Below, piece by piece: positions 23,245 to 33,384 of a stretch of DNA of 64,000 bases; the first letter of the stretch is position 1, and each line of letters begins with the position of its first letter. The position numbers and the translations under genes were made by a program. The notes beneath the pieces were generated by a model. The model was not told the DNA's origin, made no database searches, and worked only from the letters and a program-made list of their open reading frames with translations. Source of the stretch: an uncultured Chloroflexia bacterium. Its GTDB lineage: Bacteria > Chloroflexota > Dehalococcoidia > DSTF01 > JALHUB01. The stretch lies in the NCBI GenBank assembly GCA_963726245.1, contig CAVSBT010000031.1, forward strand, positions 1 to 64,000. Direction: 5' to 3'.

Positions 23245-24081
23245 TCACCCAGCCCGAATGCCCGGGCCGTCACTGCCCGACCTCAAAGGAGCTGCGAGCC
23301 GAGGACACGGGAGCCGTAAACTAGTCCTCACCGTTACCTGAACGCTGTAGAACCCTGGGTGATCCGTCGACGCCCCCTGAAGATTGATCCAGGGAAGACA
23401 AACGTGACCGCGTCCCTGGCGCCGCTGTGGGTCGGGGCAAGGGTCGTTGACCACGCCGCCTTCGTCGTAGGGGGACCGAACGATGCAGACGAACTCCTTA
23501 GCGTCGTCAGCAACCGCATGAATCTTGACCCCCTCGCCTATGCCCACGCGCGCAGGAAAAAAGGAAATCTCGGCATCCGACCGACCCCTCAAGCGTGTCC
23601 GAACCGACGGTCCCGCCTCGGCCGCCAGTTCAGCCAGGCTGGCTGCGCGGGCTGTCGATACGCTCACCGCCTCGACGCGGCTGGCAAGCTCGTCGAGCTT
23701 GTGCTGCACCTCGTCGGCGCTTGCCGCCTGCCGCAGTTCCTCCTTCAACGCGTCCATTTCCTCGGATATCTGCTGGAGCCTGTCGGCTGACTCGCCGGTT
23801 TTCTCCGCAACCTCGGCCGCCGCCCCGGCCTCGTGACGAAAGCGTCCAGCATGCGGTTGAACTGCTGTTGCTGCGCGTGCACCAAGGTATGTGTCATGCC
23901 CTTCAGCTCGCCTATCAGACCCTGCATGTCTGTCCTGAAGCCCAGACACACTACCTTCGACGCCGCGAAGGTGGTCCGTCGTCGCCTTGTATGTCTGAAA
24001 CTGGATGTAGACGCCGAAGCCAGCAGCGCTTACAGCGAAGAGCAACGCGACGATCGCCACTATGAGCGCCGCGACATCCAT
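23245..24081 (-). CDS. Hypothetical N-terminally membrane-anchored coiled-coil protein (lower-GC insert, frameshifted)
   Basis: MDVAALIVAIVALLFAVSAAGFGVYI transmembrane segment; heptad-rich LQQISEEMDALKEELRQ; ATG overlaps the argG stop. Confidence 0.6.
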   Translation of the reverse strand: MDVAALIVAIVALLFAVSAAGFGVYIQFQTYKATTDHLRGVEGSVSGLQDRHAGSDRRAEGHDTYLGARAATAVQPHAGRFRHEAGAAAEVAEKTGESADRLQQISEEMDALKEELRQAASADEVQHKLDELASRVEAVSVSTARAASLAELAAEAGPSVRTRLRGRSDAEISFFPARVGIGEGVKIHAVADDAKEFVCIVRSPYDEGGVVNDPCPDPQRRQGRGHVCLPWINLQGASTDHPGFYSVQVTVRTSLRLPCPRLAAPLRSGSDGPGIRAG

Positions 24082-25307
24082 TACTTGCCCTCCTCCTCCA
24101 GCATCTGCGCCCGCGCCTGCACCCGCACCGGCAGGCCCCACACGTGGATGAAGCCCGGCGCTGCGCTCTGGTCGTACACGTCGCCCTTATCATACGTCGC
24201 CAGCGAAAAGTCATACAAGCTCTTGGGCGACTTGCGCCCTACCACCACCGCCGACCCCTTGTGCAGCCGCACCCGCACGCTGCCGGTCACGTGGCGCTGA
24301 GTGCTGCGCACGTAGGCCGCCAGGTCCTCGCGGTGGGCGGTGAACCAGAGGCCGTTGTAGATCAGGTCGGCGTACTCCTGCGCGATGCGCTCCTTCAGCC
24401 GCACCTGCTCCTTCGACAGGCACATCTGCTCCAGCGCCCGGTGCGCCCGCAGCAGCGTCACCGCCGCCGGCGCCTCGTATATCTCCCGCGACTTGATGCC
24501 CACCAGGCGGTTCTCCAGGTGGTCGATGCGGCCCACCCCGTGCTCGCCGGCCATCTCCGCCAGCCGGCCGATGAGCGAGACGCCGTCCAGCTCGCGGCCG
24601 TCCAGGCTCACCGGTATGCCCTGCTGGAAGCCGATCTCCACGTAGGCCGGCTTCTCCGGCGCCGCCGCCGCCGACTTCGTCCACTCGTAGACGTCCTCCG
24701 GCGGCTCCGCCCAGGGGTCCTCCAGGACGCCGCACTCGATGGCGCGCCCCCACAGGTTCTCGTCGATGGAGTAGGGGCTCTCCTTGGTGACCGGCACCGG
24801 GATCTGGTGCTTCTGGGCGTAGGCGATCTCGTCCTCGCGGTTCATCCCCCACTCGCGCACCGGCGCCACGATGCGCAGGTCGGGCGCCAGGGCCTGCACG
24901 CTCACGTCGAAGCGCACCTGGTCGTTGCCCTTGCCCGTCGAGCCGTGGCCGACGGCCGTCGCCCCCTCCTGCCGCGCCACCTCCACCAGCTTCTGGGCGA
25001 TGAGCGGCCGGCCGAGGGCGGTGGCCAGGGGGTACTGCCCCTCGTAGATGGCGCCGGCGGTCAGGGCCGGGAAGATGAAGTCGCGCACGAAGGCCTCCTG
25101 GACCTCCGCCCAGCGGAAGGCGACGGCGCCCGCGGCCAGGGCGCGGCTGTGCAGCGTCTCGCGGTCCTTCTGCATCCCCACGTCCACAGTCAGGGCGACG
25201 ACGTCGTAGCCGCGCTCCTCCTTCAGCCAGCGCACGGCCACGGAGGTATCGAGGCCACCGGAATAGGCAAGGATCAGCTTCTCAGGCATGTCTCTCCTCT
25301 CTGCCAC
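24081..25307 (-). CDS. argG: Argininosuccinate synthase
   Basis: LAYSGGLDTS, HGSTGKGNDQVRF, YSIDENLWG, ENRLVGIKSREIYEAP. Confidence 0.97.
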   Translation of the reverse strand: MAERRDMPEKLILAYSGGLDTSVAVRWLKEERGYDVVALTVDVGMQKDRETLHSRALAAGAVAFRWAEVQEAFVRDFIFPALTAGAIYEGQYPLATALGRPLIAQKLVEVARQEGATAVGHGSTGKGNDQVRFDVSVQALAPDLRIVAPVREWGMNREDEIAYAQKHQIPVPVTKESPYSIDENLWGRAIECGVLEDPWAEPPEDVYEWTKSAAAAPEKPAYVEIGFQQGIPVSLDGRELDGVSLIGRLAEMAGEHGVGRIDHLENRLVGIKSREIYEAPAAVTLLRAHRALEQMCLSKEQVRLKERIAQEYADLIYNGLWFTAHREDLAAYVRSTQRHVTGSVRVRLHKGSAVVVGRKSPKSLYDFSLATYDKGDVYDQSAAPGFIHVWGLPVRVQARAQMLEEEGK

Positions 25308-25319
25308 TTCTTCCCAGGC

Positions 25320-25651
25320 TCAGGGCGACGGCGAGGCCCCGGTCGATAGCACGCATGTCGGCCGCGGCATGGTCCCCAGGCGGCGCAGGATCAGAGCGCT
25401 ATGCAGGGTGGCGAGCTTGGCCCGGGCCAGAGACGGAGTCACCAGCCCGGCCTCCTGCCAAGCCACGATGCGATGGTCGCCCGGCCTTGGCGGGACCGCC
25501 AGCTTGCTGGTGATCTGGGCGATGATGACGTCGCGGAGGCCCTGTGGTAGGCATTGCTGCTCACCACGACCGCTGGCCTCTTCTTGGTGACGAGACGCTC
25601 CGAAAACGGGAACGGCACGAGGACCACGTCGCCCCGCTCATAGCTGGTCAT
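25320..25651 (-). CDS. PemK/MazF-family toxin (frameshifted)
   Basis: MTSYERGDVVLVPFPFSERLVTKKRPAVVVSSNAY..DVIIAQITS..AGLVTPS. Confidence 0.9.
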
Positions 25652-26071
25652 AGACAGAGTCCTCCGGGCTGTCCCACTCCTCCGCGAAGGAGGCCTCCGA
25701 CAGCTTTGCCAGAGCGGCCGTCTCCTCCAGACGCTCCGGCCCCTCCTGCCCCAGGCCCAGCTCCCGCACCGCCGCGGCGTAACTGAGTAGCGGACGCTGC
25801 CGCCCGGCAAGGGAAGCACGGACAGGTAGCCCTTCTTCACCTGCTGGCCCACCCACTGATACTGGGTGCCGCGCTCCCTCAGCGTGCGTGAACAGCCGTC
25901 TCTGGGCATGCTGTTGCCGGCCCAGTAGATCTCCTCCAGGACGGCCTTCCGCCGCTCGTAGGGATCCGGCTGCTCCTCCGACGAGCCCAGGAGAGCCTCC
26001 AGTCGGTCCAGAATGTCCCTGATGGCGCGCAGGCCCTCTCGCAGCTCGCTCACGATCAATCTGTTCGGCAT
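25638..26071 (-). CDS. Putative antitoxin (~145 aa, acidic W-D-x-P-E-D-x-x-Y-D-x-L C-terminus; frameshifted)
   Basis: RBS AGGAGG; overlaps toxin start; ends LSEASFAEEWDSPEDSVYDQL as in small antitoxins upstream of PemK genes. Confidence 0.7.
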
Positions 26072-26144
26072 TGGTGACCTCCTGTTATGCAATTGGTTAC
26101 CAATTGGTCACCAACATTCTACCGCCGTATCCCTCTGTCGTCAA
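26071..26144 (-). promoter_or_regulatory. Sigma70 promoter and tandem palindromic operators of the TA operon
   Basis: TTGACG(26144-26139)-17bp-TAGAAT(26121-26116); TTGGTNACCAA at 26093-26103 and 26104-26114, partial copy at 26071-26079. Confidence 0.8.
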
Positions 26145-27339
26145 GCCTTTTCTTCCTCCAGTTTCCCCAGCACCCCATCGATGATCTCCACCGCCCGGTC
26201 CAGCTCCTCCTCGCTCACCACCAGGGGCGGCATCAGGCGCAGGGCGGTCGGCTTCACGTTGTTCACGATCAGCCCCTCCTCCAGGCAGGCGCGCTGGGCC
26301 GCCTCCGCCAGCTCGCCGTCCAGCTCGATGGCCCAGAGCAGGCCGCGGCCGCGCACCTCCGTCACCAGCGGGTGGCGGTCGGCCAGGCTGCGCAGGCGGC
26401 GCTCCAGGTGCTGGCCCCTTGGCCGCCACCTGGCCCGGGATGTCGTTATCGATGACGTACTTCAGCACCGAGTAGCCCACGTGGGTGGCCAGCGGGTTGC
26501 CCCCGAAGGTCGAGCCGTGGTCGCCGGGCGACGAAGACGGCGCAGTGCTCCTTGGCCAGCAGCGCCCCGATGGGCACGCCGCCGGCCAGACCCTTGGCCA
26601 GGGTCATGATGTCGGGCTCGACGCCGTAGAGCTGGTGCCCGAACAGCGCTCCCAGCCGCCCGATGCCCGTCTGCACCTCGTCCAGGATGAGCAGGATGCC
26701 CGCCTCGTCGCACCAGGCGCGCACCTGGCGCAGGTAGTCGTCGTGGGGGACGTTGACGCCGCCCTCGCCCTGGACGGGCTCCAGCATCACGGCGCAGGTC
26801 TTGGCGTCGGTGGCGCGCCGGATGGCCTCCACATCGTCGAAGGGCACGTGCACAAAGCCCTCGGGCAGGGGCAGGTAGGGCAGCTTGTACTTCTCGGTGC
26901 CGCCGGCGGTCAGAGTGGCCAGGGTGCGGCCGTGGAAGGCGTGCTGGGCGCAGATGATCTCGTAGGCGCCGTCCCTCTTCTCCTTGCCCCACTTGCGGGC
27001 CAGCTTGATGGCCCCCTCGATCGCCTCGGCGCCGCTGTTGGCGAAGAAGACGCGATCCAGGCAGCTATTCTCCACCAGAAGCTGGGCCAGGCGAAGCTGG
27101 GGCACGCTGTAGACCAGGCTCGACACGTGGATGAGGCGTCGAGCCTGCTCCGCCAGAGCCGATACCACCACCGGGTGGCAGTGGCCCAGGCTCACGGTGG
27201 CGATGCCCGCCACGAAGTCCAGGTACTCCTTCCCCTGGTCGTCCCAGACGCGCACGCCCTGCCCTCGCACCAGGGTCACCGGCAGGCGCTTGTAGACGGA
27301 GAAGAAGTAGCGGCTCTCCAGCTCTTGCCAGTCGGTCAT
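26141..27339 (-). CDS. argD: Acetylornithine aminotransferase (frameshifted)
   Basis: YLDFVAGIA, NSGAEAIEGAIK, FHGRT, EPVQGEGGV, DEVQTGIGR, TLAKGLAGGVPIG, HGSTFGGNPL. Confidence 0.95.
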
Positions 27340-28142
27340 TGCGCCTCCTCGCTCCGGACCGATGATCGTGCCCGCCAGCTCGCCCCGCTCCACCGCCGCC
27401 AGCAGGGCGTGAGGCTGGCGGCCGTCGATGATGGCCGTGCGCGTCGCCGCCCGTCGCGGCCCGCAGGCAGGCCTCGACCTTGGGGATCATGCCGCCGGAG
27501 ACGACGCCTTCCTCCACCAGCGCCGCCGCCTCCTCGGCAGACAGGCGAGCCAGGGAGCGGCCATCGCGGCCGGCGATGCCGGGGACGTCGGTCAGGAAGA
27601 CCAGCCAGCGGGCGCCCAGGGCCAGGGCCACCTCGCCGGCCACGGTGTCGGCGTTGATGTTCAGGATCTGGTTCTGCGGGCCCTCGTCCTCCCACAGGAG
27701 GCCCAGGGGCGCCACCACCGGCAGGTAGCCCGCCGTCCAGCAGCCGCCGCAGCATATCGCCGTCCACCCGCTCGATCTGCCCCACGTAGCCCAGCTCGGG
27801 GTCCAGCGGGCTCACGCGGATCAGGGCGCCGTCGGCCCCCGACAGGCCGATGGCCGGCCGCCCAGGGCGTTGATGGCCGCCACCAGCTCCTTGTTGATCA
27901 GCCCGGCCAGCACCGCCACCACCACCCGCAGCGAGGCGGCGTCGGTGACGCGCAGGCCGCGCACGAAGCGAGTCGGCGTATCGTGCGAGCTTCAGCCACT
28001 CGCTGATGGCGGCGCCGCCGCCGTGCACCACCAGCGGCCGCCAGCCCTGCCCCTGGAGGGCCACCAGGTCCTCCAGGGTCGTGTCGTGGCTGCCCAGCGT
28101 GCTGCCGCCGATCTTGACCACCAGGATGGGCGATTCGCTCAT
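27336..28142 (-). CDS. argB: Acetylglutamate kinase (frameshifted)
   Basis: [39 protein letters not shown]. Confidence 0.95.
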   Translation of the reverse strand: MSESPILVVKIGGSTLGSHDTTLEDLVALQGQGWRPLVVHGGGAAISEWLKLARYADSLRARPARHRRRLAAGGGGGAGRADQQGAGGGHQRPGRPAIGLSGADGALIRVSPLDPELGYVGQIERVDGDMLRRLLDGGLPAGGGAPGPPVGGRGPAEPDPEHQRRHRGRRGGPGPGRPLAGLPDRRPRHRRPRWPLPGSPVCRGGGGAGGGRRRLRRHDPQGRGLPAGRDGRRRARPSSTAASLTPCWRRWSGASWRARSSVRSEEAQ

Positions 28143-28143
28143 G

Positions 28144-29379
28144 TCAGGTCGTGTAGGCGCTGTTCAGGCGCACGTACTCCTCGGTGATGTCGCTGCCCCA
28201 GGCGGTGGCCGCGCCCTCGCCCAGGCCCAGGTCCACGCGAATGTGCACCTCCGCGCGCCGCCAGGCAGGCGCGGGCCTGCGCCTCGTCGAAGGGCAGGGG
28301 CGACCCCTGCCGGTAGAAGCAGACGCCGCCTTCCCCGGCGCCGATAGCAGGATCACGGTCTTCTCCTCGATCATCTCGGCGCCGCTGTTGCCCACCGCCG
28401 CCAGGATGCGCCCCCAGTTGGGGTCGCAGCCGTAGACCGCCGTCTTCACCGCCAGCGAGCGCACCACCTCCCGCGCCGCCCGGCGGGCGTCCGCCGGCGA
28501 GGCGGCGCCCTCCACCCGCACTCGATGACCTTGGTCGCTCCCTCGGCGTCGGCGACGATGGCCTTGGCCAGGTGGACGCAGCAGCCTGGTCAGGGCCGAG
28601 CGGAAGGCGCCGGCGGCCGGGTGCCCTGCGTCGATGGGCTCGCCGCCGGCCAGGCCGTTGGCCAGGACGATGACCGTATCGTTGGTGCTGGTGTCGCTGT
28701 CCACGTCGATCATGTTGAAGGAGGCGTCCACCGCCTCCCGCAGGCAGGCGCGCCAGGTAGGGCTGGGCCAGCGGCGCGTCGGTGGTGATGAAGCAGAGCA
28801 TGGTGGCCATGTTGGGGTGGATCATCCCCGCGCCCTTGGCCACCGCCCACAGCGTGTACTCCTCGCCCTGGCGACCGCAGCGGCCGCCCGTCGCACTTGG
28901 GCCGCGTGTCGGTGGTCATGATGGCGCGGGCGAAGTCGGCACCGCCGCGCGGCCGAAAGCTCGATGCGCGGCACCGCCATCGCGCACCCGCTCCATCGGC
29001 AGGAAGGTGCCGATGACGCCGGTGCTGGCCACCAGCACGTCCTGCGGCCGGATGCCCAGCTTGGCCGCCGCCAGCTCGGCCATCTCGCGGGCGTCGGCCA
29101 GGCCCTGCTCGCCGGTGGCGGCGTTGGCGCAGCCGCTGTTGGCGACGATGGCCTGGGCGCGACCGTCGGCCAGGTGCTCCTGGCAGAGGAGGAGGGGCGC
29201 CGCCTTCACCCGGTTGCTGGTGTAGACGGCCGCGGCCGTGCACGGCGCCTCGGAGACAGGATGCCCACGTCCAGCTTGTCCGACGTCGGGCCGGATGCCC
29301 GCCCGGACGGCCCCCGCCAGGAAGCCCGCGCGGCAGGGGAACGCTGCCTTCGGGTGATCAATTCGCGCTCGTTGCTCAT
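28144..29379 (-). CDS. argJ: Ornithine acetyltransferase/N-acetylglutamate synthase ArgJ (frameshifted)
   Basis: [62 protein letters not shown]. Confidence 0.95.
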
Positions 29380-29394
29380 GATGGCCGACTCGCT

Positions 29395-30434
29395 CTACGG
29401 GTAGACGGCGGGCTGGTCGAGGCCAGTCGCCTCGGGGAAGCCCAGCATCAGGTTCATGTTCTGGATGGCCTGGCCCGCCGCGCCCTTCACCAGGTTGTCG
29501 ATGCAGCTCACCACCACCAGCCGGCCCGCCCGCACGTCCACCGTCGGGTAGACCAGGCAGAGGTTGTTGCCCCAGGTGTGCTTGGTCTGCGGCGGCTCCG
29601 GCACCACCCGCACGAAGGGCTCGTCCCGGTAGACCTCTTCGTACAGCTCGCGCACGGCCGCCTTCGCCCCCTCGCCCGCGGGCAGCCCGCCGTCGGCCAG
29701 GGAGGCGTAGCAGGTGGTGAGGATGCCGCGGGTCATGGGCATCAGGTGGGGCTGGAAGGTAACCCGCGGCGGGGTCGGAATCCGGCCAGAGGCGCGCCAG
29801 CTCCTGGACGATCTCCGGCAGATGGCGGTGGCCGCCCAGGGCGTAGGCCGACACGCTTTCGTTGGCCTCGGCGTAGTGGTAGGCGAGGCCCAGGCTGCGG
29901 CCGGCGCCGGACACGCCCGACTTGGCGTCGATGACCACGTCCGGCTCGATGATGCCAGCGCGGGCGGCCGGCGCCAGGGCCAGCAGCGCCCCCGTGGGGT
30001 AGCAGCCGGGGTTCGCCACCAGCCGCGCCTCGCGGACGGCGGCGCGGTGGAGCTCCGGCAGGCCGTAGACGGCCTGAGGCAACAGCTCCGGCGCCGGGTG
30101 CTCGACGCCGTACCAGCGCTGCGTACTCGGCGGCGTCGGTCAGGCGGAAGTCAGCGCTTATGTCGACCACCGGCAGGCCCCGCCGCACCAGCGGCGCCAC
30201 CGCCTCGGCGCTGGCGGCGTGGGGCAGGGCCGAGAAGGCGAAATCGACGTCGTCCAGCTCCTCGACGACCGTCAGGTCCAGCGGCCAGAGGTGGGGGAAG
30301 ACCTGCGCCAGCGCCTTGCCGGCGGCGCTGCGGCCGGTGACGCAGACCACCTGCGCCTCCGGGTGCAGATAGAGGAGGCGGGCCAGCTCGGCGCCGGCGT
30401 AGCCTGTGACGTTTATGATGCCAACCTTGACCAT
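29395..30434 (-). CDS. argC: N-acetyl-gamma-glutamyl-phosphate reductase (frameshifted)
   Basis: NVTGYAGAEL, ALPH, DISADFR, VANPGCYPT, SGVSGAGR, HRHLPEI, DNLVKGAAGQAIQNMN. Confidence 0.96.
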
Positions 30435-30496
30435 ATCTGCCGTTCCTAGGCCCCTCACTATACTCAGGGCCTCTTCGCTGGACAACCCAACCCCCG

Positions 30497-30531
30497 AACA
30501 AACAAAGCGCCCCACCGCGACGTGGTGGGGC
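30497..30531 (-). terminator. Intrinsic terminator (attenuator 3:4 hairpin) upstream of argC
   Basis: mRNA GCCCCACC-ACGUCGC-GGUGGGGC followed by GCUUUGUUUGUU. Confidence 0.8.
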
Positions 30532-30561
30532 TTAGCGAAGAGCGTTCTACGGCTCGGTGGG

Positions 30562-30663
30562 CTATCCGGGCGGCGTCGTGCGGCAAGCACCCCCACGCCA
30601 CTGGGAGCGACGTCGCTCTCGTCGGAGGGGCGCCTGCTGCTGGACAGCCGTCATCGGAAGCAT
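30562..30663 (-). CDS. Putative arg-operon leader peptide MLPMTAVQQQAPLRRERRRSQWRGGACRTTPPG (33 aa, 7 Arg)
   Basis: ATG lies 6 nt after the -10 box (leaderless); control codons CGA CGA GAG CGA CGT CGC; overlaps alternative helices and precedes the terminator. Confidence 0.7.
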   Translation of the reverse strand: MLPMTAVQQQAPLRRERRRSQWRGGACRTTPPG

Positions 30664-30669
30664 GGGCCA

Positions 30670-30698
30670 ATGATAGAAGCCACCGGACAACGTGTCAA
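30670..30698 (-). promoter_or_regulatory. Sigma70 promoter of the arg leader
   Basis: TTGACA(30698-30693)-17 bp-TATCAT(30675-30670). Confidence 0.85.
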
Positions 30699-30771
30699 GA
30701 GCTACTCACAGCGGTCTTGTCTCGCCGCCTGCCCGCACGTCTGTAACCGATTCGTTCCTTCGGCGTCTTAA

Positions 30772-32976
30772 GTGGTGAATAGCAATACCGCTTCAGAAGT
30801 GCCAACAGGCCAGGGCACGCGCTGGCCCACGCTCGTCGACGGACGTTACCGGACACACAACAAGTGCGACGACAAATCGAGGCGCTCCGCCAGCTGGCAA
30901 GCTCGCTGTAGAGAGCCCTGCCGGGAACGAGACCCTTGCCCGCGCGGCCAGCATCATCCGCAAGGCCACCGGTGCAGGCGAGGTGCTACTGGTCTATGCC
31001 GAGGACCAGGAGCTTTCTCACCTGCTGCGATGCGGCGGATGGCCCACGCGCCGACCTGACGCAGGGTGCCCTGCGGTCGTCCAGCGTCACACCGCGCAGG
31101 CGAGCGGGCCGGTGGCCTTCAACCTGGTAGGTCACCCGGGTCGAGGACTTCACCAGCGCCCTCAGCGGCGACCAGCGTGAGTTCCTGGGCGTTCTCCGTG
31201 CCCACCACTGAGAGCGCATCCGAGATCTGCATCCTCCGGGGCCCCTGGGAGCAAGAGGCCACGCTCGCATCCTGTGCTTCATGGAATCGGCGACGCCCGC
31301 TCTCGCCGTCATCCTGGAGCGTTTCCTCAACGCCGGTCGCGGCCAGCGCCTGGCCCAGCAACTCCAGACCCTGGCCAACGCGGCCCAGGTGCTCACCCGA
31401 TCAGAGGATGTGGAGGCGGCCCTGAGAGACCTGGCGACCGCTATCTCCGCGGCTACGGGTTTCGAGTACATAGTGAACATCGATCTTTACGACGCTCCTA
31501 CCGGCCGCTTTGTCCTCCGCATCCTGAGCGACCACCGCCATACTGCGAAGACCCTCGGGCAGATCTGGGGGGCTAGCCTGAACCCCGAACAACCCGACCC
31601 CTGGGACACAGAAGTGATGCGCGCTCTGCAGCCGAGGTTCTCTCCCGACATGCAAAGCGATCCACTATATCCAGACCATGTGCGGAAGTTCTACGCTCGC
31701 GCCCTACTCAGGTCTGCAGTGGACTTTCCCCTGCTGTTTCAGGACGAGTTCCTGGGTACGATGAGCTTCGTCTCCTTCAAGCCCCGTACGTTCTCGCCGG
31801 AGGAGGTCAGCCTTCTCCAGGGTTTTGTCAGCCAGACCGCCATGGCTCTCAAGGCGCTGCAGATGCACACGGACCTGCAGCGGTACGCGCAAGAGATCAA
31901 GAGATCCGCCGACCAGTACATCGCTACCACGAATCTAACAAGCGACATCATTGCGAAGCTCGATGCCCGCGGCAACTGGGTCTTCCTCAACGACGCCGCT
32001 TGCCAGTTCCTCGGAGGGCCTAGGGAGGCACTTCTAGGCGCTGACTCTGCGGCTTGGGTGCACCCCGATGACCGAGAGCTGACCGCCCAGACGGGTCCGA
32101 GACACGAGAGCGAAGCGAGGGCTCACAACAGGACTTGTGAACCGCATGGTCACACCGGTGGGAACGAGGGTGGTGGAATGGGACGGCTACCCTCTCTTCG
32201 ACAACGAGGGCCTGTACATCGGGATCCAGATGACCGGCCGTGACATCACCGAGCGCAGGCGAAATGGAGGAGGAGCGGGAGAGACTGTACGCCGAGCTGG
32301 AGGGAAGGGCAATCACCGACGGCCTCACCGGCCTCTATAACCACGCCCACTTCTACCAGCGCCTGCGCTGAGGAGATAGACCGCTCCAAGCGGTACAGTC
32401 GCGGATTCGCCGTGGTCATGATGGATGTCGACAACTTCAAGCGCTTCAACGACTCCTGCGGCCACCAGGCCGGTGACGAAGTGCTGCGCCTCGTTGCCGA
32501 CGGCATCCGGTCAGGGATGAGACGGTCCGACCTCGCCTTCCGCTACGGCGGCGATGAGTTTGCGGCCATCACTGCTGCACGCCGACTCAGCAAAGGCACG
32601 GACGGTGATCAGCCGCATCAATAGGCGCATCACCAAGAGGTTGAACAGATGACCGAAGGCTACCGGTGATCTGGGCCTCAGCGCCGGCGTCGCCTGCTTC
32701 CCCGGCGACGGGACAACCGTAGACGAGTTGGTGCGGATAGCAGATGCCGCCCTGTACGATGCGAAGCGGCTGCTCAAGGGCCCGCGCCGTCGAGGCACTC
32801 GCGTTGGCGGGCGCTTCTTCAGCAAGCTAACGGAGAGACAACGAGCCGCTCGCGAAGCTCCCCGGAAACGCCCACACCTCGCGGTATGCCCTGTCGAGCG
32901 CCGCCCGTCGCGCTCGCTCTCGAATGGGCGTAGCGCACACCGGAAAGCAGTCCGAAGGAGCCGGAAGAGCACATAG
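30772..32976 (+). CDS. GAF-PAS-GGDEF diguanylate cyclase (frameshifted; ends uncertain)
   Basis: GAF ([22 protein letters not shown]), PAS (FLNDAAC..VHPDDRE..GRDITER), [36 protein letters not shown]-site, RYGGDEF. Confidence 0.85.
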
Positions 32977-33056
32977 GCCACCACCGTGAGGACTATGAGC
33001 CACATCAGCAGGGCTGCTAACATGCCAACCACAAACAGCACTGCTCTCCTTCCTCC

Positions 33057-33312
33057 CTATTGTGCCCCCTTCGGCCGCTTGAAGAAGAACATGTAGCTGG
33101 ACACTTGGGAGCCGCCCGGCCCGCCCGCCCATGACTCCCCGCTAAAGGTGCTGATGAAAGGCTGCACGGACACCAGCTCCGACCCCTGTCGGCCCAGTTC
33201 GGCTACTTTGTCCGCGCCCTCCCATGTCCCGACCACGAGGGTCTTTCCGCCTCTCTTCTCCCCGCACCCCCACCCAGCGCACCAGGTGCCACGTGTACTC
33301 CCACTCCGGCAT
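33057..33312 (-). CDS. DUF4177-like small protein (frameshifted)
   Basis: MPEWEY..AELGRQGSELVSV..YMFFFKRPK pattern. Confidence 0.55.
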
Positions 33313-33384
33313 CTCGTCCCCCATCCGCTTCAGCCAGAGGCCAATCCGCTTGAGGCGGATAACCGTTCGACATCCGTTGTGAGA

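Noticed and set aside
30480-30700. T-box riboswitch or ARG boxes upstream of argC
   Set aside because: No UGGNACC T-box consensus or stem-I motifs and no AT-rich TGAAT-N-ATTCA boxes visible; the leader-peptide model fits better
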